Assembly: GCA_002269645.1 (NCBI GenBank)
Contig: NIVC01002906.1
Span: forward strand, 1 to 64,000
DNA from: Macrostomum lignano
Lineage: Eukaryota
Direction: 5' to 3'
Length of the DNA stretch: 64,000 nt
The notes beneath the pieces were generated by a model, which saw only the letters and a program-made list of their open reading frames with translations, made no database searches and had not been told where the DNA came from. The first letter of the stretch is position 1; each line of letters starts with the position of its first letter. Made by a program: the position numbers and the translations under genes. This document shows, in pieces, positions 1-12,340 of this stretch.

Positions 1-192
1 AAACAAAAGGTTTGGGTCCAATGGAAAGTCGAGGGTTGCTCATTCTGTGGTAAGAACACAAGAAAGGTTCATGCCCTGCATATCAAGACGTTGCAGAAAG
101 CAAAACCACTTCAGCAACGTTTTCGGAAATAAGACCGTAAGAGCCTTGGATTGAAATACAAATGAAAGCTCAGAATCTGATCGTCAAGATTC

Positions 193-3100
193 GTGGTCAT
201 GTCAGCATCTCTGCGACTGGGTGGCAACGACAGAGACAGTAGAACAACTGTTGGTATCAAAATCGAAGGTCAGCTGGTGAATTGCAAATGCGACACAGGA
301 GTGGACGCAAATGTACTCCCTGAACATCTGCTTAGGCGGATTGCACCAAACACTTCGATACAAGCAACGTCTTGCAGACTCTTTTGCTATAAAAGGTCGC
401 GCCTAACAGTCGCAGGGAAGGTACAATTGAAACTGGAATATGAAGGAGTCAAGCATGAAAATGAATTATTGTGATTAAATCATTCCAATGGAAAACTGCA
501 GAAGAGATAGGCCTGGTGAAATTCAACTTCGGAGTTTCTGTTCAACTGAAGGGTTTAAGTCCACGTGGACAGATGAAAGATTTCTTCGAGAGTATCCTGA
601 TGTTTTTGAAGGAACAGGTTGCTTACCTGGGAGTTATCACATCAGCCTGCACGATGACAAAGAATCTTGGACAGATCGCCCTCAAAGAATCCTGTTTGCA
701 GCAATGCAACCTTTGAAGGCTGAATTAGATCGCCTAGTTTCGGATGGACTCATCACCAAGTGTGATGAGCCCACAAAGTACATTTTCAAATGTGGTCGTC
801 GTCTGGAAGGCAGACAAGACTATACGTCTTTGCCTAGACCCTCAGCATCTGAATGCCAACATAATGAGAGAGCAGTATCAGATACCGTCTTATGACGAAA
901 TTATTGCAGAAATCAGAAACGCTGCTCTGTTCTCAACTTTTGATGCGACTGCGAGTTTTCACCAGATGCATTGGATTATGAAAGTTCGTTGATGATGTGC
1001 TTTCACACACCTTTTGGACAATATCGTTGGCTGAGAATGCCCTATGGAATTTGTTCCGCATCGGAAGTCTACCAGAAGCGAGTTTGGGAGGAGATCTCGG
1101 ACAAGATCAGAAACTGCAACAATTTTTATTGACGACTTCATTGTTTGGGGCAAGACTGTTGAAGAACACGATGAAGCTGTGAAGCAGCTTTATGGAAATG
1201 TGCCGTGCGAAGAATTTGCGCCTGAATTATAAAAAGCGGAAAGTCGGATTGAAGGAGTTGAAATTCCTCGCAACATACTTTCACACACTGGAATTAAAGT
1301 CAACCAGACAAAGTAAAAGCAATGCGCGATATGCCCCGCCAGATACTCAATCCGGCAATGAGAGAAAGCAGCAACTTATGCGATTTCTAGGATGTGCAAA
1401 TTTTTTGTCCAAATTCATTTCGGATCTGTCATCTAAGGCAGCACCGCTACGCACATTGCTGATGAAGAATGCTCAGTGGAACTGGACAAATGAACACGAA
1501 AAAGCGTACAAATCAATTTTGCAGAGTCTTTGCGCGCACCAGTCTTAGCTCGCTATAACCCGAATGCACCACTTACTCTGTCAGTCGATGCTAGTCAACA
1601 CGGTCTCGGAGCAACTATCCTGCAAGATGGACACCGCTGAGAATACGCTTCGTCATCACTGACGCCATCCCAAATGGAAGTATGCTCAGATTGAAAAGGA
1701 ACTTTTGGCTATTGTGTTTGGCTGCAAGCGATTCCACCAGTACGTCTGGGGACACAAGGTAACCGGTCGAGAGCGACCACAAGCCGCAGAGAACATCTTC
1801 CAGAAGCCAATTTCAACTCTTACAGCAAGATTGCAGAGACTGATGCTACTAGTTCAGAAGTACGACCTGCACATTATATACGTTCCCGGTAAAGACTTGC
1901 AAATTCCAGACACTCTAAGCCACACTTTCTTAAAGAACGTACATGCTCTAAACAACTCGAAGATGACATCGAAGGTCACGTGCTTGGTGTTAGAATGTTG
2001 GTTGGATTCCCAGAACTGATGCAGAAACTGGAAAATGAATGGCAAAGGACTCAACACTGCCAACAACTCGCTGAGATCATCGGTGTTGGTTGGCCTCACC
2101 ACAGAAGCCAGCTTCGTGACTGAGTTCTGGAACGTCAGACATGATCTGACTACGCATGGCAATCTGATCTGGATGAAGAACGAATAGTCGTTCCAAACTC
2201 AATGAGAATGGGACAGAACTGCATACTGGACACCCTGGAATTGTGAAGGCAAGCTTAAAGGCGTCAGAGAGCGCTACTGGCCTGGAATTAGAGTGATATT
2301 CTGACTTCAGCGTGCATTGCTGCCAGGAAAGCCAAGAAAGCCACGAAGGAACCAATGGTGGCCTCAGTGCCTACCGGACTACCCATTTCAGGAATGTGGC
2401 ACGGATATTTTCCATATTGACGGGAAGAATTTCCTGATATATGTTGATAAATACAGTCGGATGATCGAATACGCTAGGATCAACAATACTTCAGCTGCCT
2501 CTGTGATTCCCCAACTAAAGAAGTATTACCAGACCTATGGAGTTTGCGAGATTTTAAGATCTGACAATGGACCTCCATTCTCGGGAAGAGAATTTGGTCG
2601 TTTCGCGAAAGAGTACAGCTTCAAGCATGCTACATCATCGCCGAAGTACAGCCAGTCCAACAGATTAGCGGAAAGAGGTGTTCAACAATCAAGAATATTT
2701 TAAAGAAGGTTCTGAAGAGCAATGAAGGTGAGCACATGGCACTGCTACATTACAAGAACACTCCTATCGAGCATGGAATGCCATCACCCACTGAGCTAGT
2801 CTTTGGACACAAACTACGCTATGATTTGCCGATCCCAAAAGCAGATCTAATTCCTAGACAGGTCATGTCCAGGAAAGTACTGCAGAAGCTAAAGGACCAG
2901 CAGAACAAGGCTGAAGAATATTACAACCATGGATCTAAGGAGAGGAGAGAATTTGGTTGTGGAGAAAAGGCTTGGATGCAAGAATCAACACGACAATGGC
3001 AGCCAGCAGAAGTGCACATGAGAGTGAATGACCATTCTTCTTATATAGTTCGCGATGAACAAGGAAAGCTACTACGTCGGAACAAAACGTTTTTGACTCA

Positions 3101-3383
3101 ACAGACTGGAGCAGCAGAAGAAATCGCTGTTCCACAAAGAGAAACCCTTGAAGACGCATTCAGAAAGGAAACTACCGCACCACTGAAAGCTTTTCAAAGT
3201 CAACCGGATAAGCACAAAGCAGTGGAGGAAAATATAGGCAGCAAACCATCAGCACAAGCACCTAATGCACAACAATGTCAGTCACCTAAGATGACAAATG
3301 GCTATACAACACGGAGTGGACGTGTGATGAAAGCTAGTCGTGCGATTTCAGGCACATTGACTAATGAAAAGGTGTTAGTGTAG
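193..3383 (+). pseudogene. Fragmented Gypsy pol (protease, RT, RNase H, integrase)
   Basis: Consecutive ORF fragments 193-474, 488-895, 744-992, 1044-1232, 1192-1548, 1705-2019, 2317-2703 and 2736-3383 carry collinear pol motifs in shifting frames. Confidence 0.9.
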
Positions 3384-3446
3384 AACAGAACTTCCGAAAG
3401 AGGATTTATTTTACTTACACATAGGAATCCCTCTGAAGAAGGGAGA

Positions 3447-3597
3447 TGTTAGTTATGATAGACTCATTATCTGTGTGTTTGATTTATTTCTATGGACACG
3501 ACTAATAAACGAGTGTTAAAGAGCACTTATAACTACACAGCTGCTCTATATCCATACAAGCATCTGAAACATAAGACTTCTGTGTCGCAACACAACA
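3447..3597 (+). repeat. Probable 3' LTR (right end uncertain)
   Basis: Polypurine tract GAAGAAGGGAGA at 3435-3446 is followed directly by TGTT. AATAAA lies at 3504-3509. Candidate AACA ends lie near 3571 and 3597. The 5' LTR is not available for comparison. Confidence 0.55.
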
Positions 3598-5848
3598 CTT
3601 CTTACTAATGATCAAACTTTAATAATGAATTAAAATTTGAAATTTATTGCTCTCACATAAGCTTGATTGCTCTGATTCACTTCTTTAACAATCTTTCGTA
3701 ACTTTCTACTGCACCTGCTAATGCTATTGGATTTTATTATTAACTAATTAGCTTAAAGTTTCAAATAAATAAGTTACTCTTTTTACCATATGCTTAATTT
3801 TAGTATTATTAGTAGTATTATACATACAAGTTTTTTTAATTGTAATACAATTACAATAATACAATAATACAATAATAATACAATCCTTTAAATGACTTCT
3901 ATGTTTTGCTTAAAAGATGGAAAAGCAAAGACAGTGTATTATGAAGTTGGTTTGGAAAAAAAGTGCAAGATTTGTGTATTTCTGTGTTAACTTTAATGAT
4001 TAATGCTTATTAATGATTATCAGTTAACTAATATTTTTTTCTTTAATGCTAACACTTTTACAGAAGTTAAGATTTTTATTAACAGTGCCCAACACTGCAT
4101 ACATGTAAGTCACAATTGGACAGAATATTAGTCCTATGATTACTCTTAGCCAATAATGACTTACATGTGTATCTTCCAATAGAAATGGCCAAGTGATTCC
4201 CAAGGTTTCAAATATATAGTCAAATTGCACAAAAATAGATGGGCATAAGAAAGAAAAATGGGATTCATAGGAAAATAATAGTTGATTAATAATAATTACT
4301 ATAATAATGCTATAACAATGCAAACAATGCTAAAAAAGACAATTAAAGACAATTAAAATGTGTCAAAAGTTAGTGCTAGCAAAAAATGTTGGTAGATAAT
4401 TTTGATACTAAATTATGATTTATAATAAAAAAAGAAATTATTTTTAGCTTTTTTGACTTAATAGGTTTTTTAAAGGATGTACTTTCTCTTTTCTTTAAAC
4501 ATTAAAACACTAGCAATCTTTGAATAATTAATAATACAGATATAAATATTACATTACAAGTTTCCTAAAATGGATATATAATATTATTATTGCTTTACCA
4601 TATATTATCAATACTATTGAAATAAATTCAAATATATATTAGGCACATCTTTTACTATTTCTATAAAATATCTAGTATAGAATTTTCTTATTTTATTACA
4701 GACTCTACAGTTGCAAACCAATATTACAAGTCATAACTATCTTTTTGTATATAATCATTAAATGCATTTTAAATTTTGAAAAATTAATAAATGTTCCATA
4801 TTTTAGGAACGAAAAATTTCTCTATGCTACATATGCCATTAGCTAAGCAAAATACCATGACCATCTCTGACGTAATAAAGTGCTGCAATAAGGGTCTTTG
4901 GCCAAACATCCATGACCTACTGACAATCTTTCTTACCATCCCAGTGACAAGTGAGGGTTTCACGACAGATATTCAGACAGATATTCAAAATGATCGTCTG
5001 TAACTTTTAAACAAAAGTGACCCACTTCAACCATGTTTTTAATATATTTACGCAAGTGTTGGGCATCAAATAAGCTTTAATTTATTTACTGAAGTAAAAA
5101 TCTTTCTGACATACATTGATTTAAAAATTGCTTAGCAACACTCTGATTAGACATCGCTTTACCATTGACTGAAATTGTTTTGATTGTAGCAGCCTAAAAG
5201 CAGATACTGGATTAAAAAATGCAGTACTTTTTTTTGGTCACTTTTGTTTAAAGTTACAGACAATCATTTTGAATGTCTGTCTGAATATCTGTTGTGAAAC
5301 CCTCACTTGTCACTGGATGGTAAGAAAGCTTCAATTTACTCTTTACGCATATCTCAGCTTTAAAATGACACCTTAGGCATTGCAAAAGACAGCTTTGATG
5401 CTGAGATATTTGACACTAAACATTGCTTTGTGCAAACTGACATTCGGATATTTCACTGATTTTTATCGATATTTGTGCAGCTACCATTCCTTGTTTTTCA
5501 TCAGAATCTCGTCAAATTCTAGTCATGTCTATACACATGTCTCAGCTTTAAAATGATACCTTAGGCATTGCAAAAGACAGCTTTGATGCTGATATATTTG
5601 ACACTAAACATTGCTTTGCTCAAACTCACATTAGGAAACTTCACTCAATATTTGTTCAGACTATTGTTCTCCATTTATTAACCATCACATAAAGCCTTGC
5701 TAACATACAATACAAGTGTATTGTGGAATGCTTAAGAAAATTATTTTTTGATTTTGTAAATTGTGTAGTATTGTGATCCAAACATTATTCGGTATTATTA
5801 TTATGATTATTATTAATATTTAAGCAATTTTGCAATTAAGCAAATTAG

Positions 5849-7018
5849 CAGTGTTGGGCAAGTTACTCAAAAAAAGTAACTTGCGTTACTGTAACTTAAG
5901 TTACCACTTTTTAAAAAGTAACTTACGTTAGCCTAGTAACTTTGAACAAAAACCCGGTAACTTTTAAGTTACTTCGTTACTTACTTCCGTTACCTATGTT
6001 ATAAACAAAATTTTCTGCTTTTTTAACATTGCAAATGTGCTGGAACAGCACAAATGATCGCGAAAGCCAGAAGGAAAAATACAACAAAATTAATTTCAGT
6101 AACTGTATTAAATTTTAATCACTTTAGGCCCTTTCCGTAAAAAGAAGAGAAGCTGAAGGTCAGAAACGTTAAAGGCAAAACGCAATTTAATTTTTAATAA
6201 CATTATAAGTTATAATACACAAGGACAACTTAACGTAACTTCAGTTGTCCTTGATAATACATCGCTCGTAATAAGTACCTGGCTTTACTCCACTCTACAG
6301 TCTGCTTTACTAGTCTTTTTATTTTCAATTATTTGAAATTTTTTTCAATTTTTTCAATTATTTTTCAATTCATTAATATTAAATTATTGTGCAGTGCAGT
6401 GCAGTGCCAGTGGACTTTAGTGGTGTAGCCAGGGAGGCCGCCTTAACAATCGTTGGGCGGCAACTTCACCCCACCTGCAAGACACCCCACCAGGGGGGGG
6501 TGGGTTGGGCGTGGCGGGTGCATGAGGCATGGCCAGCCAGGTCAACCCGCCCCCCCCCAATTAAAATTCCTGGCTACGTCGATCACTGAGTGGATTTGTG
6601 GAGACTACAGATGAATTTCTTTCTTTGGTTGTTTGTTTCTAAGAACTAAACAAAATATTTTTATTAACTTAAAAACGAAAAGCAAAAATATTTTACCGAA
6701 AATAACAAAGTAAAAACATGTTTCAAGTATTTCTTTATTAATTACAGCGTAATACCGTATGATATTATTCACTTAGTTTTGAATTTAAGAATGAAAAATG
6801 CTAAAAATGTGACAACTGGCGTAATAGCTAAGCATATCAGTTTTAAATTTAAATATTGCGATTGTTGCAAAGTAACTGTAACGGACTTCCGAAATTTGAG
6901 TAACTTACCGTTACTCCGTTACCAAAATAGGAAAGTAACTTGCGTAAGGAACGCTTTACGAAAAAGTAACTTGCGTTACCATTTACAAGTTACTCGGTAA
7001 CGGAAGTGCCCAACACTG
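5849..7018. mobile_element. Non-autonomous hAT element (MITE-like)
   Basis: TIR CAGTGTTGGGCA / TGCCCAACACTG; perfect 8-bp TSD CAAATTAG (5841-5848, 7019-7026); many subterminal GTAAC/GTTAC motifs. Confidence 0.92.
6418..6589. mobile_element. Small GC-rich hAT-type MITE nested in the 5849-7018 element
   Basis: Ends AGTGGTGTAGCCAGG ... CCTGGCTACGTCGATCACTG. Flanks GTGGACTT / GTGGATTT match at 7 of 8 positions. GC island inside AT-rich DNA. Confidence 0.6.
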
Positions 7019-8730
7019 CAAATTAGGCACATTGTTAGGGCATTAGGAAAAAGATTATTATAAGTACAAGCACAGTGGCTTCTATGATCTGCATTTCCAA
7101 GTTTACTTGTCAATGGCACAGCACGTTGCACACACGTTGACATTCTTGCCTCTGTTCTAACAGATTTTGTAGTGCCAAAAGAGGCATGATGGACACTTGA
7201 TCTGTAGGATGCAGAAAAGTTAATGCTGCATAATGAACAAGTTTCTTGTATTCTCCTATATTTTGTTGAACCGCAAAGTGCTGAAAAGTCATGATTGGTT
7301 GCCATATATACAAATGTACACTCACTGACTCACTGACTGAGGTACGATCTATGCAAGATAAAGGCAGGAATCTTTAAAAATTAAATACTAAAGACAGTTT
7401 AAGAGAAGTCCAGGTTTAAAAATAGAAGCGATCAATAAAATCGATAAAATAATTGCCTTAAGCATTCTACAATACACTTGTACATTAACAAGGCTCCATG
7501 TGATGGTTAATAAATGGAGAAGTAGGCAAATGTCTAAACAAATATTGAATAAAAATCAGTGAAGTTTCCAAATGTGAGTTTGAGCAAAGCAATGTTTAGT
7601 GCCAAATATCTCAGCATCAAAGCTGTCTTTTGCAACACCTAGGGTGTCATTTTAAAGCTGAGACATGCGTATAGACATGACTAGAATTTGATAAGATTCT
7701 GATGAAAAACAAGGACATGGCAGCTGCATAAATATCGATAAAAAATCTGTGAAATTTCTAAATGTCAGTTTGCACAAACCAATGTTTAATGTTGAACATC
7801 TCAGCATCAAAGCTGTCTTTTGCAATGCCTAAGGTGTCATTTTAAAGCTAAGACATGCATAAAAAGTAAATTGAAGCATTTTTAATCCAGTATCTGCTTT
7901 TAGGCTGCTATGATTGAAACAATTTCAGTCAATGGTAAAGCAATGTCTAATCAGAGTGATGCTAAGCAATTTTTAAATCAATGTATCTCGGAAAGATTTT
8001 TACTTCAATAAATAAATTAAAGCTTATTTGACGCGCAACACTTGCATAAATATATTCCAAAAACATGGTTGAAGTGGGTCAATTTTGAGAATTGTTTTGA
8101 ATGTCTGTCTAAATATCTGTCGTAAAACCCTCACATCCCAGTAACAACCTACACAGTTGAAAGATCATTTAGTGTGCTTTGTCTTTTGAAGACGCATACT
8201 AGGTCAAAAATAGATGAGAGCCAGCTAAATAGACTTGCAATGCTGTCAGTGCACAAAGACATTCAACTACCATACAAGCATGTGGTTGAAGAATATTCAT
8301 AGCATTTCAACATGTGCCTGCAGCTGTTATAATTGTGAGCCATTTACTTTTACTATATCAGACTGCTATGAGTCTTCTATTGTAATTCCTTTAAGTGTAG
8401 TCACTCATTGTTATTTTATTTTGCATATATTGCACAAAAAATAGAATGGTTCTGACTATGGAAAGCATAGTGCATGCTAGTGCAGGACAAAAAGATTTTC
8501 ATTTACTTAAGCATTTAGTAAAAATTTTTTTTCTAATTTTTTATTAAATTGTGAATTTGAATAGGTATTTTCATAGAATTTGAAACTTGACTGGCCGTTC
8601 AATGCTACCAAGCAACTACATATTTGATTTATGGCGCTTAATTTTCCTGTGACCTGCCTAGGCCCTATTGGGCCAGCAAATATAAGTAGCAGCAGCTACT
8701 CATATCCCTGCATCCCCCTGTGAGAAATTC

Positions 8731-8751
8731 AAATTCCTGGCTACACCCCTG
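8731..8751. mobile_element. Probable right terminus of the hAT remnant
   Basis: AAATTCCTGGCTACACCCCTG lies ~430 bp downstream of the transposase stop and has the same TIR type as the 6418-6589 MITE. Confidence 0.55.
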
Positions 8752-8994
8752 GCCACATTCACATTTTTGTGCTTGAATTCTGTTCCTATATGTAATATAT
8801 ATAATCCTTTAGAAGTAATTCACAGATTTATTCATTAGACCAAATCTTCACTAGGCCTAACTAACATTGTATAATTTGTATTGAGGGTTAGATAGAATAA
8901 AAAGCTAAAATGTGCAGAAAAAAAAAACACTTTTGTGGACTCAGGATCAATATATAGTATGCTATATTATGGTACTATGCAATTTTATTCCTAC

Positions 8995-9162
8995 CTGACT
9001 TAGATTTGTGATTCCCAGAAGAAAGCATATCGAATCAAGTATGTTAGACTTTCCACTGCCATTCAAGCCAGTAATGGCGTTAAATTGTGGATCAAACACA
9101 CCAACTTCAGTGCGCGTTGCATAGGATTTGAAACCCTCAATAACGATTTTCTTAATATGCAT
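8995..9162 (-). CDS. SMC2: SMC2 (condensin ATPase), first coding exon, codons 1-56; rest of gene outside window
   Basis: [56 protein letters not shown] is an SMC2-type N-terminus with Walker A. Phase-0 donor CAG|GTAGGA at 8995/8994. Confidence 0.93.
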
Positions 9163-10189
9163 TAGGATAAGAGTTGAAATTGCAAAATCGGTTCCAAAAA
9201 ATTCTACATAAATCTTTTTGAATCCTTAATGCTTAATCGAATTTCCAATGTGCATTTCATTTAAACGTGTGCGTTTTTTCGTAGAACACCTTTATAAGCT
9301 TTAACAAGACGTTATTTTTTATTTTCTACTAAATAACAACTTTTAAAAATGAATTGCAAAAACTGCTATTTTAATCTTAAAAATTAGACTTGGTTTGCAT
9401 GCCAGACAATCGATATTAATTTAAATAAATGAATAAAATAATTTCAGGTTGATTTTAAAAACCGTATTATTAGAATTAGAATATTACCCGGCCGTCGTCC
9501 ACAATACCGTTGACGCCTGACGGACGGAATGATGACGAAATTATCCAAATGTATTTTAAATGTGATGACTTAGAATGCCAAAAAGGGCATGCATTTAGGC
9601 TTGAGTTGGCTTACTAAGCCGTTTTTTGTGCATTTTCGGCTTTCTAAGCCGTATAGAATTGCGAAACCGTTTCACAAAAGGCAAATTTTTATGCCGAAAT
9701 TTCCTGGAATTGTTGAGTCGGGTCATTATTATATGGGACTTCACTTATGTCATGGTCACATATACAACATAAAATAGCCTTCATAAAATTTAGGTCTATA
9801 TATGATCACATCCACGTGTAATATTGTAATATAAGCCACCTGGGGACATTTTCCATGGGATTTTGGCTTTTGGTTTGTGTTAGACCTTATCATATGGCAT
9901 CTAACTTAAGATTTTTCAATCAGAGACGAGAGTAGTAGATAGAATTCATTACAAAATTGTAGGCTCAGCTCCTAGTCATATGGTCTTTTTGGAGAATAAT
10001 AGAATTGCCATTTTATTAAATTTTCTTGATTTTGTCCAAAGCAAATTCTAGGCTAGGCTAGGCCTAGCATATTTTGCTCTTTGATTATATATTTTTTTTC
10101 TGAGTTCTGAGTTATATAGGGCCTAGCTCATTTAGCTCATTCTATCAATAAATCTTTGCATATTTTTACAAAATTTATCTAAGTCCTTA

Positions 10190-12340
10190 TCATTTTAGCC
10201 TTTCTAAGCCAATAAGATTTTGGCAGTTGTTATTGTTACACTGACCATATAAATAGCAAGACGGTTATTTTTATGGTCATCACTTAAAACAAATACCATC
10301 TAAGTGAAGTGACCAACTTGCTATGCAAATACTAAGATGGTTAAGTTTAAAAAATAGGCAATGACCGGACAAATAGCCTTTTTACTATTTGTCTAGTTAA
10401 ATTACTAACTGTTTAAATTGCTATTTGTTTCATGATGAATATTCTAGATTTTTAAGACCTTTTCATATATACTGATTAATATTTTGTTGTATAGTAGTGT
10501 ACATATAAGAAAGCAGTGTATTCAATTCAGCATAATTTGGTGTATAAGACATTACTAGTATAACAACATAATAATCAAGATACGTCAAGAGGGCGTCCGG
10601 AAAGTAGTGTTACTTTTGCTTGGTGTGGACGTATGGACAGTCACACTTGCATGTGCTTGGTGTCATTTGAAAGCGGCAAGTCTCTTCTTTAAAATGACAC
10701 CAATTGCAAGAGATTTGAATCTGTGCTTCAAGAGATATGGACGATTAAGTAGAGAAAGGTCAGTCATAGACTTACAGAACCTCAAAAATGTCAACAGAAA
10801 ACTTTCATCACGAGCGTAATTATTCCAGAAAAAAACAAAAAACACAACAGTACAGTACAGAAGCCCTCAGATCCCCTGACGGTCCAAACCATTGACTCCT
10901 GCACCCATGTCTCGTTGCCAGTTACGATCAGCTCTCGAAAGGCTTCCCATCCTCCATGTTGATTGACCAGCTCCAGGTTATTCACACATTTCTGCTTGCA
11001 ATCCAGCTTCATGACCTCAGTGAGCAATCGTGGTACCCAACAGGCACTCAGCTTGACGTGATTCATCTTCGGCAGGCACTCGTGAACTGTCGACTTCGGG
11101 CAATCCAATCGATCGGCCATTTCACGAATGCTCTGGTGGCAGTCTTCATCAATCAAGTCGAGAATGCGATCCGTCAGGCTGCTGCTGTCGCGAATTGCAG
11201 GGCGTCCGGACCTTGGCATGTTGCTCGCGTCAGTTCTTCCAGCCTGAAACTCGCCCACCCACCTGCTTACTGTCATCTTGCTGACAGCATGATCGCCATG
11301 AGCTGTGCAAAGTTGCCTGTGGATGTCAGCCAATTTGGTTCTGGAGCTCCAAAGTGTAAAGATGGCATGTCACTGCCCAGTCTTTGAATGCACATCCATT
11401 TGCAGTTCACAATTGAAAATTGAATGTCAATAAACTTTTCAGGCCTAGCAGAATCAGTTTTACAAGTCTCGTAGTTTTCTGAGACAGCCCCTCTTGTTCA
11501 CTGCATCACATTTGGCCATAGACAGCCCATGATTACGAAAAAATCGATAAACCCGTAAAAGTTTCTGTTGACATTTTTGAGGTTCTGTAAGTCCATGACT
11601 GACCTTTCTCTACTTAATCGTCCATATCTCTTGAAGCACAGATTTAAATCTCTTGCAATTGGTGTCATTTTAAAAAAGAGACTTGCCGCTTTCAAATGAC
11701 ACCAAGCACATGCAAGTGTGACTGTCCATACGTCCACACCAAGCAAAAGTAACACTACTTTCTGGACGCCCCTCGTACAAATAAGAAGTCTTTGAAGTCT
11801 AAGAATATTCATCTTTGTAGTTTCTATAAAATAGATATTTTAGCATTATCAATTTAACCGGTCAAATAATAAAAAGCCTATTTGTCTGGTATTAACCAGA
11901 TGAATAGGAAAGCATGGCCATTATCCAGTAACGAGACAAATTAACACATCACTATTTGTCTGGTCACCAGACAAATAACAACTGCCTAAAAATAAAGAAA
12001 CATGTTATTGATAAATACAATAATATATTCTAATGGTTCTTGTCATAGTAGCTTACTTTAGGTAATTGTTAACTATTACATTGTAATTTAACTGAAATTT
12101 CTTCCACATGACTATAAAAATAGCCATTTTGCTTCTTATCTATGGGACTATAAAAACAACAGTTTTGCTATTGTATTGATATGATTAGGCCTACATTTAG
12201 TAAAGACCAAAGGCCCAGGCAATATCTTATGTATTAACCATAAAAATAACCATTTTGTTGTTTATATTGTTACTATAACAATAACAATTGCCTAAGATTT
12301 TGTTGTCAATTGTCATTATGCTAAATATTATCTTTATTTA
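10190..12340. repeat. Older degenerate AT-rich inverted-repeat element flanking the mariner
   Basis: ~10220-10290 matches the reverse complement of ~12230-12300 (GGCAGTTGTTATTGTTA...GGTTATTTTTATGG). ~10360-10460 matches the reverse complement of ~11790-11890. Confidence 0.55.
10583..11775 (-). mobile_element. mariner/Tc1 internal-deletion derivative with ~220-bp TIRs
   Basis: TIRs ~10583-10805 and ~11557-11775. Right end ...GGACGCCCCTCG|TA; left end slightly altered. Transposase fragment 10791-11333 has HTH region (PRSGRP), WVPRLL and TGNETW (first catalytic D changed to N); C-terminal catalytic part missing. Confidence 0.92.

Larger units (their letters stand above)
1..3597 (+). mobile_element. 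Degenerate Ty3/Gypsy LTR retrotransposon, 5' end outside window (Gag knuckle remnant, PR-RT-RH-IN, PPT, 3' LTR)
   Basis: Gag Cys/His knuckle remnants at ~35-125; protease CDTGVDANVL; RT FIDDFIVWG; RNase H (SVDASQHGLGA-like, LAIVFGCKRFHQYVWG); integrase (GTDIF, LRSDNGPPF, SSPKYSQSN, TRSGRV tail). PR-RT-RH-IN order is Gypsy-type. Many frameshifts and stops. Confidence 0.95.
4951..8135. mobile_element. Non-autonomous foldback-like element with very long inverted arms and a 13-bp TSD
   Basis: Termini GTGAGGGTTT...AAACCCTCAC. Arms ~4951-5757 and ~7433-8135 are reverse complements. Flanks are ATCCCAGTGACAA (4938-4950) and ATCCCAGTAACAA (8136-8148). Confidence 0.85.
4791..8302 (+). pseudogene. hAT transposase C-terminal dimerisation-domain remnant, split by insertion 4951-8135
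   Basis: LWPNIHDLLTIFLTIPVT ends at ~4950, and IPVTTYTVERSFSVLCLLKTHTRSKIDESQLNRLAMLSVHKDI resumes at 8136 (stop 8300-8302). Removing the insert plus one TSD restores the frame. Matches the hAT dimerisation consensus (PVT..ERSFS.L..LKT..R...RL..L). Confidence 0.85.

Noticed and set aside
8962-8994. SMC2 ORF tail [10 protein letters not shown]
   Set aside because: Intronic read-through past the donor.
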